Shown here one piece after another: positions 63,970 to 64,000 of a stretch of 64,000 nucleotides of DNA (its first letter is position 1; the number at the start of each line of letters is the position of its first letter). Source of the stretch: Octopus sinensis (Eukaryota); the NCBI RefSeq assembly GCF_006345805.1, contig NC_043020.1, positions 9,176,001 to 9,240,000 of the forward strand, in the 5' to 3' direction. A model generated the notes under the pieces. It was given only the letters and a program-made list of their open reading frames with translations. It was not told where the DNA came from and ran no database searches. A program made the position numbers and the translations under genes.

Positions 63970-64000
<31 letters not shown>
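63770..64000. repeat. CA-rich microsatellite field
   Basis: Direct inspection. Confidence 0.9.

Overview
AT-rich, repeat-dense animal DNA. The SINE/LINE families and abundant (TA)n/(CA)n/(GA)n/(CAT)n microsatellites look like Octopus; this is recognition from memory, not a search. One protein-coding gene is well supported: a minus-strand Mis18 (MIS18A/OIP5 family, Yippee fold, CENP-A loading) orthologue. Its five coding exons (14378-14216, 11286-11220, 10087-9965, 7950-7890, 6079-5774) have GT-AG boundaries and compatible phases, giving 239 aa with two CxxC motifs, a C-terminal amphipathic helix and an ~80-aa low-complexity tail. Two CpG-enriched, promoter-like zones (18.4-19.1 kb and 20.7-21.2 kb) lie upstream. 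Several plus-strand exon-like segments suggest a weakly supported divergent transcript. Most of the rest is transposon-derived: four tRNA-headed SINE families, RTE-LINE 3' ends, four non-autonomous Helitrons, a mellifera-type mariner, a Tc1, three maT/DD37D-like fragments, Penelope remnants, and MULE-, hAT- and TA-flanked MITEs. The most unusual structural signals are a series of near-perfect fold-back hairpins along the Mis18 transcription unit, a phased six-E-box array at 55.75 kb, a telomere-like G-rich array at 21.2-21.4 kb and a tandem-repeat-plus-promoter-like module at 45.1-45.9 kb. Coordinates were counted by eye, and repeat boundaries are approximate (tens of bp). No previously undescribed system is demonstrated; the findings are testable candidates.
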